DNA from: Candidatus Vogelbacteria bacterium
GTDB lineage: Bacteria; Patescibacteriota; Minisyncoccia; Phycocordibacterales; UBA12445
DNA length: 44,231 nt
Direction: 5' to 3'
Assembly (NCBI GenBank): GCA_016201465.1
Contig: JACQCV010000032.1
Location: forward strand, 1 to 44,231
This document shows positions 39,063-44,231 of this stretch, piece by piece (position 1 is the stretch's first letter; each line of letters starts with the position of its first letter). The notes under the pieces are model-generated. The model had not been told where the DNA came from, did not search any database, and worked only from the letters and a program-made list of their open reading frames with translations. The position numbers and the translations under genes were made by a program.

Positions 39063-39839
39063 GTGAGAGTCAAAATTGGTACCTACAACATTGCGCATGG
39101 GTGCGGAGTAGCTTCAAATAGGTGGCAAGGTGGTAGTATGAGTCATCGATCATATCGGTTGATGGCAATTGCTGCTCTGATCAAAGACATGGATGTAGTG
39201 GTTCTGAACGAAGCTGACTTCAGTGCGCCCTGGTCATTCTGGATACACAATCACGAAACGATAATGAAAGGGCTCGCGGATTTCAAATACAGTATGTCTG
39301 TGGAAAATAGCACAGTTGGCTGGCAATCGGGCAATGTGATTCTCAGCCGGTATCCACTCAGTAACAGAGAAATTATTGCCCTTCCACAGCATTCACCAGT
39401 GGCAGGTTTCCGAAGAGACGCCCTCGCTGCGACGGTAACACCACCGAACGGTAAGGCCTTCAAAATTGTCGCGGTTCACCTGGACTGGCACTCGTTTTCT
39501 CGAGTACGACGTCTGTCAATTCTTGCACTGTTTAGCTACATGCAAAAACAGACACTACCAGTTGTGATCGCCGGAGACTTCAACTCGACACCTTTCAGTT
39601 TTCCACACTGTCAGGATCTAAATCCAACAGCATTGGATATCATGATTCAAAGTAAAGCATTCATAACTCATCCGATGGTACACCCACTGCCCGAGACACT
39701 AACCTTCCCATCGTATGATCCGAAGCTTGTGCTAGACTGGATCTTTGTTCCTACATTCTGGAAAATCTTAGACTATCGAACTCGAGATGTTCTTTTCTCC
39801 GACCATCGGCCAATCCTTGCCGAATTTGAAACAGGATAG
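39063..39839 (+). CDS. Endonuclease/exonuclease/phosphatase family protein, paralog 2
   Basis: TYNIAHG, LNEAD, ILSRYP, VHLD, AGDFN, LDWIF, SDHRPI. Confidence 0.9.
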   Translation: MRVKIGTYNIAHGCGVASNRWQGGSMSHRSYRLMAIAALIKDMDVVVLNEADFSAPWSFWIHNHETIMKGLADFKYSMSVENSTVGWQSGNVILSRYPLSNREIIALPQHSPVAGFRRDALAATVTPPNGKAFKIVAVHLDWHSFSRVRRLSILALFSYMQKQTLPVVIAGDFNSTPFSFPHCQDLNPTALDIMIQSKAFITHPMVHPLPETLTFPSYDPKLVLDWIFVPTFWKILDYRTRDVLFSDHRPILAEFETG

Positions 39840-39919
39840 AGAACGCAGGAAAACCAATCCCCGTGCCAACAAAATTGGCCGGGAATTTTTTAATCAAAAT
39901 TAATCAGTTTATCAAAAAA

Positions 39920-40300
39920 TTATGAAAAATCTCCAGCTCTTTCTTTTCTAATTTTTCTAACCGCTGAGTACGCCTCCTTCTTAAGTTTCTCAACGCCTTC
40001 TTTATACGAATCAGCAATCTTCCTAATTTCAGGGTTTGCAAAATCCTCGGAGCCAATACCAATGTTCAACACCGCCTCTTCCAAGGATTTTCCACCATCA
40101 CCGTCGGTGATTTTTTTAAGATTCAAATATTCTTCAGATGAAGATAGATTCCTCAATGCTGATTCCTCTAAGGCTCTTTTTACCATACCAGCCACCCACG
40201 CCTTACGAGAATGGCGATCTATTCTATCTGCAGCGACCTGATTTTCTTCATGTATCTGTTCATCTGTCTTTACAGATGCACCAAATAATTTTTCTAACAT
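39920..40300 (-). CDS. Hypothetical protein
   Basis: Charged helical ORF with TATAAT upstream. Confidence 0.7.
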   Translation of the reverse strand: MLEKLFGASVKTDEQIHEENQVAADRIDRHSRKAWVAGMVKRALEESALRNLSSSEEYLNLKKITDGDGGKSLEEAVLNIGIGSEDFANPEIRKIADSYKEGVEKLKKEAYSAVRKIRKERAGDFS

Positions 40301-40351
40301 ATATCTATTTACATTTATTTATAATACCAAAATTATACCCCCCCAACAAAT

Positions 40352-40404
40352 AATCAAACTGGGCCGAAGAATTCGTTTTTCATGTTATCGCGGTGAGTGG
40401 CGCG
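40352..40404. repeat. Orphan copy of the rodA 3' end (direct repeat of 41637..41689)
   Basis: 53 bp, 50/53 identical; encodes RATHRDNMKNEFFGPV* on the minus strand. Confidence 0.95.
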
Positions 40405-40405
40405 T

Positions 40406-40434
40406 AACTGTGCGAGGCTAAGCCTCGCACAGTT
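40406..40434. repeat. REP-like palindrome, downstream flank of RAYT
   Basis: AACTGTGCGAGGCT-A-AGCCTCGCACAGTT. Confidence 0.95.
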
Positions 40435-41135
40435 TATACAATAACATCATTTTCAAATGTTAAATCTGCAACTACATCAAAGCTCATATTCTTAAGCCAT
40501 TCTTTCATCTCCCCCTTCTGTCTTAACGGGTTACCTAATATTTCTAACAATAAATCCCTATAAATAATTGACGGATAATTTTTTACACCAATATAATCTA
40601 AATAACTTGACCATCTATATTCATTCAAAAATTTAAAGGCATTATTATAATCTTTAAGTTTTTGTTCACGCCAAGATGGATACGATAGGTCTAAGGGATT
40701 CAGGTGTATATAATATGGCAAATAGTTAAAATAAGCTTCATTTTTTACTGAGATTGCCTTAAACGGTCCCTGAAAAAGTGAGCCGACACGCCTATGTTTC
40801 TTATTAAAATACATTGTATACGCCGTACCAAGTTTATGCATAAAAACAGTGATAGCAGAATCGTTTAGGGGTTCAATTAAAAAATGAAAATGATTTGGCA
40901 TAAGAACAAAAGAATGAATACGAACTAACGACTTGTGTTCAATATCCAGATTCATTGTTTCGTCAAATTCATTTTTGTCCCTGAAACTATTTACCGCTGG
41001 AGCAATATCATTACAAAAATACATACTTCTCAAGAAACGAAATCTATCACCATCGTTCATAAATATATCCCGCTTTTCCACTCCTCGGTTATATATATGG
41101 TAAATCTCACCTTCTACAAAATTTAATTTTCTCAT
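40434..41135 (-). mobile_element. REP-associated tyrosine transposase (RAYT, IS200-related Y1 HUH)
   Basis: YHIYNRG...IF, VLMPNHFH (HUH), YFNKKH.RVGSLFQG.FK, YIHLNP (catalytic Tyr), YRWSSY; start ATG 41135. Confidence 0.92.
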
Positions 41136-41160
41136 ATCACCTAGTATAACCCATAATACA

Positions 41161-41191
41161 AAACTGTGCGAGGCTAAGCCTCGCACAGTTT
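41161..41191. repeat. REP-like palindrome, upstream flank of RAYT
   Basis: AAACTGTGCGAGGCT-A-AGCCTCGCACAGTTT; 29-nt core identical to 40406..40434; partial extra arm GCACAGTT at 41192-41199. Confidence 0.95.
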
Positions 41192-41213
41192 GCACAGTTG
41201 GCCTTGTCCAAGT

Positions 41214-41610
41214 CTACGAAAAAAGATTTCTGTCTTTATACAACAAAAAGGCGAGGATTGAGTTTACTAATCCAAGAAATACGAAGTTACCAACTAAATC
41301 TATGAGATGTTTTAATGGTGGCAAGGCTATCCATGGAAAGGAAATAAGTAGTGACGGAATTGGGATAAATATTAAAAAGAAAATAATGTGAGCAATCTCA
41401 ACCATATATGCCCATTTTTTAAGACTTCGCAACGCAAAAAAACTTTAATATAAAAAATACCGAGTATAATAAATAAAACTTGGTACCATTCATGTAAAGG
41501 TGCGTCAATAATCACGTAATCATCCCACTTAGAAATGCCATGAACATGCAGTCTAAACCCACTAAAAAGGCAAAACCTGACGCAAATTTGATTTTTCCAA
41601 TTGATTGCAT
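41214..41610 (-). pseudogene. Probable frameshifted membrane-protein gene
   Basis: Hydrophobic segments spread over three frames: MQSIGKIKFASGFAFLVG / WYQVLFIILGIFYIKVF / FALRSLKKWAY...; one shift lies in a T7 run. Confidence 0.5.
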
Positions 41611-41638
41611 GTGATTAAGTAATCATATCTAGCACAAA

Positions 41639-42742
41639 TCAAACTGGGCCGAAGAATTCGTTTTTCATGTTATCGCGATGGGTAGCGCGGGAGTAGCGAC
41701 GCATGCCCATCAGAATTCCCAGTCCAGCAAATTCTGTAAGTAAGTGTGAGCCGCCATAACTGACAAATGGCAAAGTTATACCTGTTACGGGCAGAAGTCC
41801 AAGATTCATGCCAACATTTATCGTGATATGACTGGTAATAAAAATAGCCAGACCAATACCAAACAAAACTTCAAAATTTGATGAACCGATAAAACTATTG
41901 TATAGAATACGCCAGATAACAATCCCAAAGAAAAAGAGCATAAGGAAGACTCCTGCAAAACCCCACTCTTCGGCAAAGGCGGCAAAGATAAAGTCTGTTT
42001 GATATTCTGGCAAAAATTTAAGATGAGACTGAGTACCATAACCAATCCCTTTCCCAAATATTTGTCCCGAACCAACAGCAATCTGCGATTGAAGAGCATT
42101 ATACCCACCACCTCGCACATCCGCTGATGGATTCATAAAGTTCTCTATTCTTTGCTTCTGGTAGGGTTTAAAAACATATTCCCATAAAACAGTAAATGAT
42201 AAAAGCCCTATCAAAAAAACTAAAAACAAGTGTCTCTTGGAAACACCCGAAACCATCACCATGCCTAGCCAAATACAAAAAATGATAATCGCGGAACCAA
42301 GTGCCGGCTGCAGTAGTATGAGAACGAATGGAATTAATGTATAAATACCCGAGACCAAAATATGTCGAAAATGTGCAATCTCAATATGCCTTCTAGAAAA
42401 ATATTTTGACAAAATCAGAATCAGGACCAGCTTAAAAAAGTCAGCCGGCTGAAGCGAAACCGTGCCCAGGTCAATCCAACTCCGTGCACCCTTAATGCTT
42501 TTCATCATAAATAGTAACGTAAGAAGCGCGGTTGAAAATAAAAAGAGGCCAACCAAAATATCGGTTCTTTTTATAAACCTCCAGTCTATGTAACTAAAAA
42601 TAAGAAAGACAGAGATAGAGACCAGGATCCAGATCAACTGTTTAATCGCAAGAAGGTTATCACCCGTAAATGAGACCATAGTGATAAATCCAAAAAAAAG
42701 CAGGGGCAATAGAGCCAATGCAAGTATCCAGTCAATTTTCAT
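41639..42742 (-). CDS. rodA: SEDS peptidoglycan glycosyltransferase RodA
   Basis: GARSWI, YQKQRI, GYNALQS.IAVGSG, LPEYQTDFIFA, NVGMNLGLLPVTGITLPFVSYGGS. Confidence 0.93.
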   Translation of the reverse strand: MKIDWILALALLPLLFFGFITMVSFTGDNLLAIKQLIWILVSISVFLIFSYIDWRFIKRTDILVGLFLFSTALLTLLFMMKSIKGARSWIDLGTVSLQPADFFKLVLILILSKYFSRRHIEIAHFRHILVSGIYTLIPFVLILLQPALGSAIIIFCIWLGMVMVSGVSKRHLFLVFLIGLLSFTVLWEYVFKPYQKQRIENFMNPSADVRGGGYNALQSQIAVGSGQIFGKGIGYGTQSHLKFLPEYQTDFIFAAFAEEWGFAGVFLMLFFFGIVIWRILYNSFIGSSNFEVLFGIGLAIFITSHITINVGMNLGLLPVTGITLPFVSYGGSHLLTEFAGLGILMGMRRYSRATHRDNMKNEFFGPV

Positions 42743-43510
42743 CTATCTTACGAGATTAACCCTAGGATAAATTTCAAACGTCTGGTGGTCACCGAGAAAT
42801 GGATTTGGCCAAGTAAAGAAGATATCACTACTCCTGCCCTTCTGTATACCATTCACAAATGTTTGGCTGACAGCAACAGCATTATTATCACTATCATAGA
42901 TCACGGCCGTGATAATTATGTCAGACAAATCAAAAACAGAATCGTTTATAAGTTCAGCAACCAGCCTAGGCATTTGTCCATTAGTTAAAACCTGGTTCTG
43001 CACAATAATTGGCGGCTTATTGGCCTTAGGATCTACTCGAGTCCAAGTAAGGTCCTGGCTAAATTCGACAATCGCTTTTAGAGGTATCCTCTTCCCTGTG
43101 TCTAGGCCCGTCTCAAAAATAACAAATTTGTCTCTGGCATTAACAAACACAGAGCCAGATTTATCAGTTATTGGAACATTTTCACTATCAAATAAAGTAA
43201 ACTTGTAGTCTAATTTTTTTAAGCCAAGATTAAAATTCGGATTTTCAATTAGCGCAGCGACATCATATTTACCACCTTCAACCTTGAATGTTCTCGCCCA
43301 GTCCTTAATAAGTGGACTAACCTCAACGGCACAAACCCGGCTACATGGCCCACCACAATCAACACCCAGTTCACCCTGGTTCTGTATATTATCGCTACAA
43401 CTTGCCGGATGCCAAAGAAATATCCAATAAATAGAATAAAATATAACGGCAAAAAAAAGGAAGACTATAAGCAAATATATTAAACGCCTTCGAACACTCC
43501 AAGATGACAT
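42743..43510 (-). CDS. Membrane-anchored protein with Cys-rich motif
   Basis: N-terminal TM, CSDNIQNQGELGVDCGGPCSRVC, beta-rich C-terminus; abuts rodA. Confidence 0.85.
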   Translation of the reverse strand: MSSWSVRRRLIYLLIVFLFFAVIFYSIYWIFLWHPASCSDNIQNQGELGVDCGGPCSRVCAVEVSPLIKDWARTFKVEGGKYDVAALIENPNFNLGLKKLDYKFTLFDSENVPITDKSGSVFVNARDKFVIFETGLDTGKRIPLKAIVEFSQDLTWTRVDPKANKPPIIVQNQVLTNGQMPRLVAELINDSVFDLSDIIITAVIYDSDNNAVAVSQTFVNGIQKGRSSDIFFTWPNPFLGDHQTFEIYPRVNLVR

Positions 43511-43589
43511 ATGGTTCTAATTATAATCTGTATTTGTATTAAATCAAAACAGAAAGCCACTTACTAAAAGTGGCTCCAAACAAGAATGC

Positions 43590-43769
43590 TTACTTCCATT
43601 CCGACCAGAGATATAGACAAAACGATGTCGCACCAAGAAACAGTAGATCCGAAATCGGATCATCTAGAAGTAGTGGTGCCTTATCATAGGCATGCCTGAT
43701 AGCCATCGATAAGGTATTTACAGCCCCCACCACAAACAACATCCATGCAGCATACTTTTGCACGTACAT
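43590..43769 (-). CDS. 59-aa two-TM membrane protein (not in ORF track)
   Basis: SD GAGGAGGTGA before ATG; MYVQKYAAWMLFVVGAVN...LLFLGATSFCLYLWSEWK; hairpin AGCCACTTT/AAAGTGGCT downstream. Confidence 0.7.
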   Translation of the reverse strand: MYVQKYAAWMLFVVGAVNTLSMAIRHAYDKAPLLLDDPISDLLFLGATSFCLYLWSEWK

Positions 43770-43858
43770 TTTTCACCTCCTCATTTCTCGCAAATTCAAA
43801 GTACTGTATTGTTTTCCTTACAGAAATTCCGTACGGCCGTTTAAAAGATCAAACGCTC

Positions 43859-43972
43859 TGTGTTGGCGACTAGCTACTTTCCCCTTCCATAGAGTATCAT
43901 CGCTACTATGGTGCTTAACTTCTGAGTTCGGAATGTTATCAGGTGTACCCACCACGTTAAATCACCAACACA
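43859..43972 (-). rRNA. rrf: 5S rRNA
   Basis: Terminal helix TGTGTTGGTGA/TCGCCAACACA; conserved CACCTGA..ACATTCCGAACTCAGAAGTTAAGC. Confidence 0.96.
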
Positions 43973-44019
43973 CAACGCTCGATCGAGCGCTATAATTTTT
44001 TAAAAAACATATTTCGTGA

Positions 44020-44231
44020 CGTTCAAATTTCCTAATAGGAATCGATCCATTAGTACTCCTCGGCTGAACGCATTACTGCGCTTACACCTAGAGCCTATCC
44101 CCGAACATATTACTATGCCCGAGCCCTTACAGGACCCAATCATCTCTTGGGGATCTCAAACGATTACTAATCGTAAAGTCGGCTTCCCTCTTAGATGCTT
44201 TCAGAGGTTATCCAATCCAGACTTAGCTACA
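44020..44231 (-). rRNA. rrl: 23S rRNA, 3' end (partial)
   Basis: GGATAACCTCTGAAAGCATCTAAG, GATAGG...GTGTAAGCGCAGTAATGCGTT.AGC...TACTAAT; exact 3' end approximate. Confidence 0.96.

Noticed and set aside
40406..41191. Identical palindromic repeats as a CRISPR array
   Set aside because: Only two copies, separated by a ~730-bp protein-coding gene; no cas genes in the window
41136..41195. N-terminal extension of the RAYT ORF (253 aa)
   Set aside because: Runs through the palindrome; family-like sequence and a -10 box point to ATG 41135
57..43452. Numerous 60-150 aa antisense or alternate-frame ORFs inside identified genes
   Set aside because: No SD, promoter or motifs; expected shadows of real CDSs
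1..44231. Stop-codon reassignment (code 25, TGA=Gly)
   Set aside because: rodA, the sugar transferase and others end properly at TGA, and conserved genes are uninterrupted in code 11

Overview
AT-rich bacterial chromosomal window that reads as Patescibacteria/CPR (Parcubacteria-like). This is inferred from the gene set (RNHCP protein, CxxC-x17-CxxC protein, CPR-type rodA neighbour, RAYT-type transposase), near-leaderless core genes and a 23S rRNA insertion; TGA is used as stop (code 11). Most genes lie on the minus strand. Core genes: lepA, murJ, secD/secF, folD/glyA, rodA, gmk, an FtsB-like protein, cell-envelope glycosyltransferases, tRNA-Arg(CCT), tRNA-Gly(CCC), 5S rRNA, the 23S 3' end and probably the 5' end of RNase P RNA. 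They are interspersed with short self-contained accessory cassettes (strong SD, own terminator). Best candidate for an undescribed system: a 1.3-kb integrase-free unit at the rodA 3' end. It holds a RAYT (HUH/Y1) gene bracketed by two identical palindromes and is bounded by 53-bp direct repeats of the rodA 3' end that differ only at synonymous positions. Other highlights: a circularly permuted pair of His/Cys proteins, gmk apparently starting at ACG, a phage T4 gp30.3-like NADAR without a canonical start, a 158-nt nested inverted repeat between glyA and folD, and a two-hairpin insertion in 23S rRNA. All family calls are motif recognition by eye; no searches were run.
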